Origin: Hyaloraphidium curvatum SAG 235-1 | Taxonomy: Eukaryota; Fungi; Monoblepharomycota | Reading direction: 5' to 3' | DNA length: 64,000 nt | NCBI GenBank assembly: GCA_025558095.1 | Contig: JAIVFI010000026.1 | Location: forward strand, 372,001 to 436,000 | Shown: positions 20,171 through 29,578 of the stretch, one piece after another | How positions within the stretch are numbered: position 1 is the first letter of the stretch | Layout of the letters: each line of letters opens with the position of its first letter | Program-made: the position numbers and the translations under genes | The notes under the pieces: generated by a model | What the model saw: the letters and a program-made list of their open reading frames with translations, nothing else | Database searches by the model: none | What the model was told of the DNA's origin: nothing

Positions 20171-20760
20171 TCAAAACCTGCGCACACCCGTCCTTCCACC
20201 GGCCAGCGCAACAACCAACCCATCCGGCATCCTGGTCGGTACCCTATCAAATGGGCTTGCCCCGTCGCTCCACGTCCACGCCACCTCCTCCCCGCCCGGC
20301 CCGATGTACCCCGCAGGAGGCACCACCACCCAACCGCCAGCATTCCTCCACTGCACCTCCACCACTTCGCCATCCACCTTGTACCTTCTCGCCGAAGCCT
20401 GCATCCGCGCCAAGCGCTGATCGTACCGAAACACCACCACACGACCATGCGGCCCGATCGCAGACACCGAATCCAAACCCGGCAACACCCCCATCCCGCA
20501 CTTGCCCAGCAACGCCTCCAGTCCGTCCTTGTCGTCGCACTCCAACGCCACGACGCCTCCAACGGCGCCCGTCGCAAGTCCCACGGCGTTGTGTTGCGGC
20601 AGCACCCGGTGCTCCACGTTCTTGTGCCAATTCAACGGGAGAGACACACGCTCCGATCCCGTGCGCGCATTCCAGCCGATGCACACGGGGAAGGCGACGT
20701 AGCCCAGCTCCTTGTACGCGCGAACGGCGTCGGCCACCGTCAATTCCGCTTCCGGCTTGG
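20171..20760 (-). pseudogene. Stand-alone, catalytically degenerate Prim-Pol domain
   Basis: HNAVGLATGAVGGVVALECD...GASPFDRVPTRMPDGLV aligns with the N-terminal Prim-Pol of 14547-19478 (HNGLCLVTGEPGGIFVIDGD...GASLFDRLPARMPDALV). Catalytic residues are replaced and there is no nearby in-frame ATG. Confidence 0.7.
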
Positions 20761-21056
20761 TACCGAGTGCAAAGCGCCTCGGCACCGGGGCAACACCTTG
20801 ACGGGCGTCTGCTGGCCATCGACGACAGTGTCCGACACGGGCCGAGATCCTTCGGGGGATGCCATCAACGATTTGAAGGCTCTGCGAGGATTCAAAAATC
20901 CGTCCGTGCGCGCCGCCGAGGCCGAAGCGAGCGCGTGATTGCAACCACCGTCCCACTTGCCCCTCTGTTTCCGCTTTCGCTGGTGACAATGCCTCGTCGC
21001 GGTCAGGGGCCCCATCATTCTCGAGCGGCGTTGGATCAGCCTGGATTGACTGAAGG

Positions 21057-21728
21057 ATGGGTGCTGCGGTGTCCACCCAAATTGCCGACACGACCAGTGA
21101 AATCTTAATCGATGTCATGATCTCCAACAGCGCCGAGTGCAGTGCCTTGTCGGAACAGCGCGGGAGCATCAATCTCACGGCAAAGGGTCCAATTGTGCTC
21201 CGGGATGGTGCCCGAATCAACCAAAATTCGAACGTCAGTCTTTCCTGTATTTTGGAAAGCACGAACGACACCAAACTCCGCTCAGATCTTCGTTCGCAAC
21301 TTTCGCAGGCGGTCAAGCAGGAGCTAGAGGGCCTGAATCTCCTGCAGACCGCGGTCAACGCCAACATCACGCGGCAGGTAGCGAAAGTGGCCCAAACGAT
21401 CGACATCCAGGACATCAAACGGCAGATCGGTTCGATCATTCAGCAGGGCGATATCACTTTGCGTTCGACCGATGACCGCATTGAACTCAAAGAAGCCGTG
21501 ATCGACCAGGACGCCACGGTACTGGTGAAGGCAGTATCCCAGACGGTCAACCGAAACGAAGCCGTGGCGGAGCTCCAAAACATGGTGACGCAGGAAAACA
21601 CACAAAAACTGGTCGGAATCATGACCGCGGGCGGTCTCGTCGTCATCGTTGTCGTTGTCGCGATCGCGTACTTTTGGCTCAACCACAGGAGCGACAGCAA
21701 AGGCCGAAACTCGGACGACGACGACTGA
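21057..21728 (+). CDS. Myristoylated virion membrane protein (poxvirus L1-like/NCLDV lipid membrane protein)
   Basis: MGAAVS myristoylation start, Q/N/S/T-rich ectodomain with Cys, single C-terminal TM helix (GGLVVIVVVVAIAYFWL). Confidence 0.8.
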   Translation: MGAAVSTQIADTTSEILIDVMISNSAECSALSEQRGSINLTAKGPIVLRDGARINQNSNVSLSCILESTNDTKLRSDLRSQLSQAVKQELEGLNLLQTAVNANITRQVAKVAQTIDIQDIKRQIGSIIQQGDITLRSTDDRIELKEAVIDQDATVLVKAVSQTVNRNEAVAELQNMVTQENTQKLVGIMTAGGLVVIVVVVAIAYFWLNHRSDSKGRNSDDDD

Positions 21729-21911
21729 AGGCGCCCCGTGCCGTCACAGGGGTCCACCTCGGCTCCTCGTCGCTCTCGCCGATGACTGCGCCCCCCGCCG
21801 TCTTTCGTTGCTCATCCATGATTCGAAGTGATGAATCCGCTCAACGCCCTGCTGGTCACGCTCCTGGTCGTGCTCCTTGGCATCCAGATTTAAATGGTCC
21901 TGGTCGCGCGA

Positions 21912-23828
21912 TCACGTGCACCGCAACCATTCGCGCAGTGCCGCCACCTCCCCCGTCCTCAAGCCCCCGTCTCCAGCCGCTTCCCCCAACCCCACACTCA
22001 TGAGAACGCCCGACACCAGCACCTTGGCCCTCGCTAGTACCGTATCCCCACCGTCTGTGGGCAGCAGCGACGCGCACGCGGCAAGCTGCCGCAGCACCGT
22101 CGCGTGCACATCCGGCGGCCCGCCGCGGACGAGCACCCGCTGGTGCAAAGATACGTGCAAGAGGGAGATGCAGAGCAGCGCGGGGCCATGCAGCGGGCCG
22201 GGGAGACGGCGGGTAGCAATCGATCGCGCACTGAGGGCGGCAATCGCTTCGAGGATCTGCGTGCGGGTCTGCCGTCAGCACGCCGGTGCACAACGCACGC
22301 CCGTCATGCAGGAGATACAAACCTCGCCCAGCATCATTCCGCCGCCCTCCGCGGACGCAACCTCGTCTGCCAGCCCCTCGATGAACCCGGCGTGCACCCT
22401 CCCTCGCATAAACACCTCCCCGCACGCTGTTTCGAGCTCCATCCAAGCGCCGGCCAGAACCGCACGGGCGCATTCCTCCGCCTCATTGGCGAGCAGAGCG
22501 TGGAGCGACCGCACGGAGACGAGCAGCCCGCGGCGGCGCCGTTCAACGTCGCAGGTGGAGGACGCGCTGCTGTACATCTCCGCACCTGAGGTGGATTCGT
22601 TGCAGTCGTCGAGATCGGGGTAGGGTAAGAAGGAGGCGACAGCGGCGGCGGCGGCGTGCAGAGCGTCGAGGAGGAGGCGGGTGCGCGCGAGAAGCAGGAA
22701 GGCGACGTCCGGGGTGGAGAGCTGTGCGGGGAGGGACGGGCGCGGAGGAGCAACGCCGATCCAGGCGATGAGGGGAGCAACGTGAGAGGGTCTATGATCC
22801 GCGAACCTGGGGTCGAACGCGTCCTGAAAGGAGAGGCGCCACGTGCCGTCCGGAGGCATGGTGTGGAGGTGCCCCACCAGAAAATCGAGTCCGGTAAGGT
22901 CGCCGCGCTTCATGGACAGGAAGTCGCGGGCCGCAGCCTCGGCTTCTATGCGGGCGAGGGCAAAGAGGCACCCCTGGAATTCGTGGTACGCCGTCCACGC
23001 GTCCCGCAGCATTGCAACCCCATGGGGCGCCAGCGGCGCTGCCCGCACCTCGTCGACGCTCCGGACCCGCAGAGCCGAACACATGACGGTTTCCCACGAC
23101 GGCGCGGAGCCGCTGGCCATGGCCACTCCGGCGGCGTAGGTGCACACACCTTCCAACTTCTCGGCAAGGTCGAACAGCCCCCTCCGCTCGGCCCACCCGT
23201 GCATGATCAGGGGCGCCGCAAGGAATTCGCTGGCGTCCAACGGAGTTCTTTCCGCGGGGTCTGCCAACAGCCACGCTTCGATCTCACCCGCGGCCTCTGC
23301 AAAGAGCCGAATTTCGAGTCTCTCGGGGTCCAGCACGTGCGCCTGCAGGGCCGGTCCCGGGTCGCCCCGGGCCATGGACTGCGCCAGGCTGCCCGCGGCG
23401 TCCAGGAGGAGACACGAGAGCGCGGCCTGCCGCGGGGGGAAGTCGCGGCAGACGCGGCGAGCGTGGAGCAGGCGCAGGCGCGGGTGTGCGCGGAAGAAGT
23501 GGCGCACGAGGCCGACGACGGCGGCGATGGGGATCGAAACATGCACGTACACCCCAGGTGAGGGGGAGAACGGCTCCTCGGGGCCGGTGTCCGGGGGTGC
23601 GTCGCCGGGCGAGTGGTTGAAACGCGGTGCGGCCAGAGTCTCGGGCGTCGTTGGCCACGGGGCCAGGACGATCATCGGCTCGGGTCCCAAAGCGTCCTCA
23701 TCCTCGAACAGCCCGATGTCCGCGTTGCCGACACCGTCGGCCGCAGCTACTGAGAACAGCAGCGTCCCGTCCCACGCGGCCCACGTCGGCGCCGAAGCCT
23801 CCGCGCCCAAGCTAGCCCCGTCGAGCAT
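21912..23828 (-). CDS. Hypothetical helical protein, two exons (intron 22269-22322)
   Basis: The ORF stop lies inside a 54-nt GTTTGT...CTGAC..CAG intron; splicing joins it in frame to the 21912-22268 reading frame. Confidence 0.55.
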
Positions 23829-24396
23829 CTGGAAATCGCCGCGAAACGCCGTTCCGATGCGCCTGGCCGTCCCAGTCTGTTCTGTTTGTCGGGCCGTCCG
23901 GTCTGACCCACTCCCTCGTTGCCGGGGCGGGCCGCGCTGGGTTCGTTTCGGTCCGATGTAGCGGGCGAAGGTTCGAGGGCGCGCACAGTGTACACGGTTG
24001 GCTGCTCTGATACTTCCCGCGACGTTTGCCCGGTTGGGCACTCGCGGAATCCGTTGGAAGGTCAGTTCTGACTCGACTAGGCGGCACGATGGGCCAAACA
24101 CCATGCGACTCGAAATCAGGTGCGGGCTTGCCACCTCCTCCGTTGAGCAGTCCTTGGTGCGGAAGGTGGTTTCGTCCAACAGGGCAATTGATTGTGCCGC
24201 AGCATGCAACGGCCTGTGCTTGGAACAGCATTGGGCCATGAGGCCATGGAAAGCCCCCTTCGCCTTGCGCGGCTTGCTACTCGGCTGCGGATGACTCCCT
24301 TGGGATGACTCCCCCCGAGCCCCTCGGAAGACTCCCCCGACGATCCATCCGAGTTCAGAAGCGATCCGATCCGGTGTCAGAGTGTCTCCTCCGGGG

Positions 24397-25170
24397 TCAA
24401 GTGCGGAACGGGTGCACTGTCCCGGCGGCTCCGTGCTGTTTGGCGGTTCCCGCCTGGGGCCCCAAAGGGCCGAGCGGGCCCGCGCCAGGCCCGCAACCGA
24501 GCGGCGAGTCATAGGAGAGGAGGAAGGCGAGCGACATGCGGTCGGGGAGGTCGGAAGGGCCCGGTGGTGCCGTGCACGGCCCGGGCATGTGGGGCGGCAG
24601 CGAGGAGGTGGCCGGGGAGGCACGGGTGTTCGGCCCCGGCGCAGCAGAGCCAGAACCTGGTTCTACAGGAGAACTATTGGGGGAAGGCCGATGTTTCATG
24701 GAGTGCGGATCCGCACAGAATGAATGTCTTTGAAAATCATGTGCGAGGACGGAGACTTTTGGCACGTCATCCGGAGCGAGCAGCGAGAAGGGGCTCGGGG
24801 GGACGGGCAACGCCTGCCCAGTAAAGGGGAGAGAGTAAATTGTAGGGGGGCTCGTCCCGAAAAGGAGCGGGGGGGGCCACGCAGCAGTTGAGGTGTGATC
24901 TCTGGAGGAAGAGGGTCCCCCATTTCCCAAAGGGCAGCAGGCGAGGAGGCCGACGGCTGGGGAAAGCGTCTGTAGGTCTCTGAGAGCTGGCTGTGATCCG
25001 TTGGCGGACGGCAGCTGGGGGTGGCCGCCCGGCTGCGGTGCGGAGTCGCTTGGGTAGACGCAATGGTCCCCCCGGAAAGCGCAGCGCCCGCAGGCTCCGG
25101 GTGCCCTGTCGCACTTGAGGTGCACCTTGGCGCACGCAAAGCACGATACGCGGCGACTGGGGGACGACAT
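24397..25170 (-). CDS. Fungal Zn(II)2Cys6 transcription-factor-like protein
   Basis: SCFACAKVHLKCDRAPGACGRCAFRGDHCVYP, followed by a Pro/Ser-rich tail with RMSLAFLL. Confidence 0.75.
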   Translation of the reverse strand: MSSPSRRVSCFACAKVHLKCDRAPGACGRCAFRGDHCVYPSDSAPQPGGHPQLPSANGSQPALRDLQTLSPAVGLLACCPLGNGGPSSSRDHTSTAAWPPPLLFGTSPPTIYSLPFTGQALPVPPSPFSLLAPDDVPKVSVLAHDFQRHSFCADPHSMKHRPSPNSSPVEPGSGSAAPGPNTRASPATSSLPPHMPGPCTAPPGPSDLPDRMSLAFLLSYDSPLGCGPGAGPLGPLGPQAGTAKQHGAAGTVHPFRT

Positions 25171-25949
25171 GCCCTGCGAAGCAAGGGGGTTTGGAAAGAA
25201 GGGTGCAAGTGGATGAGGCACGACCACGGGCCAAGGCCAAGCATCTTCCTGCAAGCATGCGCTCATGCATTTTCCTACATGCTTCTGGTGCGGAATGTGC
25301 CAATTCCAACACGGCGACGCTGTCGGCCAGCCGGGAGTGCACGTGGCGGCGCTCCCAACGCAGCTGCTTGGGCTCCACCCCGATCGCCCCACGACTCGGC
25401 AGACGCGCCAACTTGCATCCTCACCTAGCGAGCGCGGATTCGGGTCTCTATGGGTGTGCAGAAGATTGACTGCTCGAATTGAATCGGATCGCTGTGTCGT
25501 GGCAGGATCCCTCCGCGGTGACCACCCCAGTGTTTGCTTTCGGTCCGCAGTCATGGCTAGAAAACGCGGGGCCAGTCCGCGGTGCGTCCACTGCGTCAAA
25601 GGCAAATAGAGCACAAACTGGCGTTACGCCTTATGGTCTTGACGAGTCCATGAGCGCCCTGTCCAATCCGTTGGAGCGTGACGTCCTGATCCCCGCACGA
25701 CTGCGTCGACCCCGATCGACGAAAAACGCAACCCTTCCTTCGATTGTCTGTGCAGAAATCTTCTTCTCTTCCGAAACAAAGCGCATGGCAACGCCGCGCA
25801 TCCCACGCATCCCCACCTGATCTGGGCCCAGGGCGAGCACCACATGCGCGCCCACCGCCGCCAGGAACCCGCCAACCTGGACTTGTGGCGGGCAATGAAC
25901 CCGGACTTTGGCGTCCGACTCGCCTGCGACGCCGACCTCCGCGCTACGG

Positions 25950-26528
25950 CGTACGGGACGTCAAGAGCTTGAACATCCTCGTCTTTCCGGACGGTGTCGT
26001 CAAGTACGCGGATTTCGGCGCGGCGCGCGTGGCGCCGAACCCCTTCTTCCACCAGCCATTGGAGACCAACGTCGTCACGCTTCCGTACCGCGCACCGGAA
26101 CTGCTGCTAGGCGCCCGGGAGTACCGCTACGGCATCGATGCGTGGGCCCTCGGCTGCGTGCTGGGCGAGCTGATCTGGCACCGCCTGTTTTCCCGCGTTC
26201 GGCCTGTGGATGCTTGCTGGAGTCGATCGCCGCCCTGCTTGGGCCGGTGCCCGCCAGCTGCTCCCTCCGTCGCTTCCCGCGCTACGGAGACTACGCCGCG
26301 CGCATCGACGCGGCCGCTGCGGGTGCTGCCGATGCTTTTGCCGAGCCACCGGCGTTTTCGGTCGCCGAGGGCGAGCGCGCGGGGTTGGCCAACCTTCTCC
26401 AGCTCTTGAGTGCGCTGCTGACGTGGGAGCCCGTCGAGCGCGCGGATGTGGGCCGTGTGCGCATGTGGAGCGACTCGCCTGCGGTGGCGGAGGTGCCGGT
26501 GGTGGACGAGCCCGTGCAACGGATGTAG
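25950..26528 (+). pseudogene. CDK-like Ser/Thr kinase fragment
   Basis: RDVKSLNIL, ADFG, VVTLPYRAPELLLGAREY...IDAWALGC. N-lobe is absent and there is a frameshift near 26180. Confidence 0.8.
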
Positions 26529-26558
26529 CGGAGACAGATGATGGAACCTCACAACAAA

Positions 26559-27242
26559 TCATCTTCGGGCGCCCTCCAACAACATGCCCCAAATCTCCTC
26601 CGCCGCCGCTGCCTCTCCCTCGTCCGCTTCCGCGCGCAGCTTGCCAAAATCGACGTGCTGTCGCACGGGCATCGCAGCGCCGCGCGATGCGAGCAACTTC
26701 AGCGACGCCAGTAGCGCGCGCGCTCCGCTCGTCTCGCCCAGTTGAGCTTCGTACACGCCCGCGAATCCCGGTCGGAAGCCTGTGTCGACGAGATCGGCGA
26801 GCTCAGGCACCCTCCCCCCGTTGAGCAATGCCGTCAGCTGGGTGCTCCCGATGCCGCGCTCCATCGCGCGCTGCGGGGATTCCCGGTCCCGAATGCCGCC
26901 TGGGACGACGCCGGCGGCCGCCTTGCGCCAGAAGTCCACGGCGTCCGGCGTTTCCGCACGCGCAAGGGCCGCCGTGGCCACGTCGAACGCCGTGTTGTGC
27001 CCGGCATCGTCGCTTCTCTGCCAGATGCCAAAGATGACCTGAATCATTGAGTCGGTGAGGAAGTGGTGGGCGTTCCCTGCCGCAAAGAGCATGTTTTCCG
27101 CGGTTCCGCGGCTGCTGCCGTGGCCGAGGCCGGTGTGCTCCGGTGGAGGCGGATCGTCGTTGGCGGGGCCGGGTGCGCTCTGGATGGCGCCAGCGCTCCC
27201 GCCGATGCGTGGACGGTGGGCTCTGCGGTGTTCTCTCGCCAT
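26559..27242 (-). CDS. Hypothetical protein, paralog of 9842-10429
   Basis: Same shared motifs as 9842-10429; start may be 27092. Confidence 0.65.
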   Translation of the reverse strand: MAREHRRAHRPRIGGSAGAIQSAPGPANDDPPPPEHTGLGHGSSRGTAENMLFAAGNAHHFLTDSMIQVIFGIWQRSDDAGHNTAFDVATAALARAETPDAVDFWRKAAAGVVPGGIRDRESPQRAMERGIGSTQLTALLNGGRVPELADLVDTGFRPGFAGVYEAQLGETSGARALLASLKLLASRGAAMPVRQHVDFGKLRAEADEGEAAAAEEIWGMLLEGARR

Positions 27243-27320
27243 TGGACTTGCCCCAGCGAAGATTTGTGGGCGAGTTGGCCCGCAAAGGTCTTAAGGTGAA
27301 AGTGCGAAAATGACGCTGTT

Positions 27321-28532
27321 TCACAGGTACATCGCATGCGAAGTTCGCGCTCGTCCTTGTGCGTAGCGCACCCTCGCCCGTCGAAGGATGCGTTCCCACG
27401 TGGCAGGATTCCCAAAGTCGGCCCCTCGCACCTCGGCTGCGCATCCGTCCCCTCCTCCCAATCGGTCCGACACCGCACGGCCGATTCGGTCGACGATAAA
27501 AGGCTCAAACACCCGCCTCGCCGCCGCCTCTGCGGACCCGTCTTCTTCGTGCCAGTGTAGAAACCGACCCAATTTCGGCAGATCTGCAGGGCACGCTGCG
27601 AGCCAAGCCCGCTCCCAGGAGTCCAAGAGTCGATTGGCCTCCCGCGCAAACCGCGTGCCCGGGTACGGATGGCCCGGTGGCAGGTCCCAGCGGCGAGCCC
27701 GGCCCGAAACCAGACGCTGCCGCTCAAAGCCGCCATCGATGTTCGGTGCCCACATGCGATCCGGCCAGCGCCCCCGGAGCATCGCCGCAATCGTCTCCCG
27801 AACCTCGTCTCCGTGGCCGTGCATCCTGGCTGCCTTTTCCAAACCCAGCGCAATCTCCGCCACCGACTCGGGGCCTGGCCTGTGCGCGATCGACGAGAGC
27901 CCGGCTTTGATGACCTTGAGGGTTGGCCGCTTGCCCGCGACGAACCAGCGCTGTTCTGTCGACAACAGGTAAGCCCTCTCCTGGTGAGACAGCGCCGACA
28001 CGGTCTCTGCGTCCATCATCGACAGCTTGAGCCCGCACGCTTCTACCAAGAACCCGGCACCCAGGGCGTCGCGTGTCATGCGCAGCAGGGCGGAAGTCAT
28101 CCTGACATGCGCGCCGACGCGACCGCTGACGAGGGCTCCGGCGCGCACAAAGAACGATACGGTGGACGTGTCGATGAGCAACGCCGTGTGCAGGTCCAGT
28201 CCACCGACCAAGGCGCCGACGACGGACTCTTCGGCCGATGTGGGTGCCAACTGTGTCGCACGCAGGAGCTGGAGCGCGGCAATGGAGTCGGGAAACGGCG
28301 GCAGGCTTGCGATATAGCCCCCAAGTTCCACACACGCCGAGATGTCGGGCAGAGCCGAGCCGAGCGTCTTGAGACGGCGAACGATGTGAGCCGCGGTCGC
28401 CGAGCGAAACCGGCGGTTGAAGAGCATGACCTTGCCCCGCACATCGCCGAGGGGGAGGTAGTCCAGAATAGCGTCCAGCGTCTCTGGTGCCAGGCGCTGG
28501 AAGGCGTCGTCGGGCGCGTCGGCGGCGGCCAT
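27321..28532 (-). CDS. F-box-like protein
   Basis: FQRLAPETLDAILDYLPLGDVRGKVMLFNRRFR. Confidence 0.7.
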   Translation of the reverse strand: MAAADAPDDAFQRLAPETLDAILDYLPLGDVRGKVMLFNRRFRSATAAHIVRRLKTLGSALPDISACVELGGYIASLPPFPDSIAALQLLRATQLAPTSAEESVVGALVGGLDLHTALLIDTSTVSFFVRAGALVSGRVGAHVRMTSALLRMTRDALGAGFLVEACGLKLSMMDAETVSALSHQERAYLLSTEQRWFVAGKRPTLKVIKAGLSSIAHRPGPESVAEIALGLEKAARMHGHGDEVRETIAAMLRGRWPDRMWAPNIDGGFERQRLVSGRARRWDLPPGHPYPGTRFAREANRLLDSWERAWLAACPADLPKLGRFLHWHEEDGSAEAAARRVFEPFIVDRIGRAVSDRLGGGDGCAAEVRGADFGNPATWERILRRARVRYAQGRARTSHAMYL

Positions 28533-29578
28533 ATCGTCCCGGATGCGCGGATCATCAGCGCATGCGCACGGTGCGCATGCGCGCATGAGCGCGCATTTTT
28601 TCGGCGATCACAAGAGTCGAAGGGTCTTTTTTCGGGTCTGGATCCTTCTTGTGCGCGCATAGTGCGAATGAGCGCGCGCGCACTGTTCTGAGAATCTTTG
28701 CGCTCTGTCGCGGGCTGGTGCCAGAAACCCCCCGGTCAACAGCGGCATCCTTCTCTAGGCCACGCAACCACCTCTTGCCCTCCCTTCCGCCGCCCCTATG
28801 CTCGGCTCGCCGGCCTCCCAGCGCTCCGTCGCGTCGTCGGACCGCGGGAGCTTCAACCCGTCGCGGACGCCGTCTCCCCGCACCAACCAAGGGGACGCCG
28901 ATCCCGGAACCCTCTCTCTCGGCAGCAAGCAGACCGCCATACCTTACTGGGAGTCCCCCATCGTGGGTCCGCCCGTTTCGCCGCGTGAAGGCGAGCGCTG
29001 ACGCCGACCGGCCTCACCAGCCGCTCTCGGACTATCCGTCCCTTTCAACCAAACACCCCATCGCTCCGGAGGTGGCCGCCGCCCTCCTCCGTCGCCGCGC
29101 GGCGTCTGACCCTCCTCCGCCGCAGGAGATACCCGACGAGAACGACAAGCGCCGGAGGATCTACCAGCCCCCCGGCAGCTCGCCGAATCCGGTGCGGTAC
29201 GCGCCCCTCGGCGCTGCCCGCGCTCGACAGGATGCGCCGACCTCGGCCACCACGCTGAAGCGGCCGGTGCGGGTGCCTCCGCCGCTCCTCGTGGAGGACG
29301 AGGAGAGCGACGAAGACCCTGGCCACCACGAATGCCACGACGACGAGGACAAGGACGACGAGGGGACGAACGATGCCGAAATCGGGGAACGGAACCGCCA
29401 GAAGTTTGCAGCTAGGTACCCGGTGAGCAGCCCGGTTTGCCGCTGCGCCCACTGCGATTGACGCGAACGACAGCGCCAGCCGACCGCACAAGCCGCGCTA
29501 CCGGAACCTCCCGCCGAGCGCGCAGGCGACCCCGCCGATGACGGTCATGTCGGCGGCAGCGAGGGGGGGGAAGCGTCG

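Noticed and set aside
21912-24623. Major capsid protein candidate
   Set aside because: The sequence looks helical and Ala/Leu-rich, contains an intron, and has no jelly-roll pattern. The region 23829-24623 looks non-coding.
28649-29461. 270-aa ORF upstream of primase-helicase 2
   Set aside because: Low complexity, non-ATG start and no motif; possibly coding in part but unsupported.
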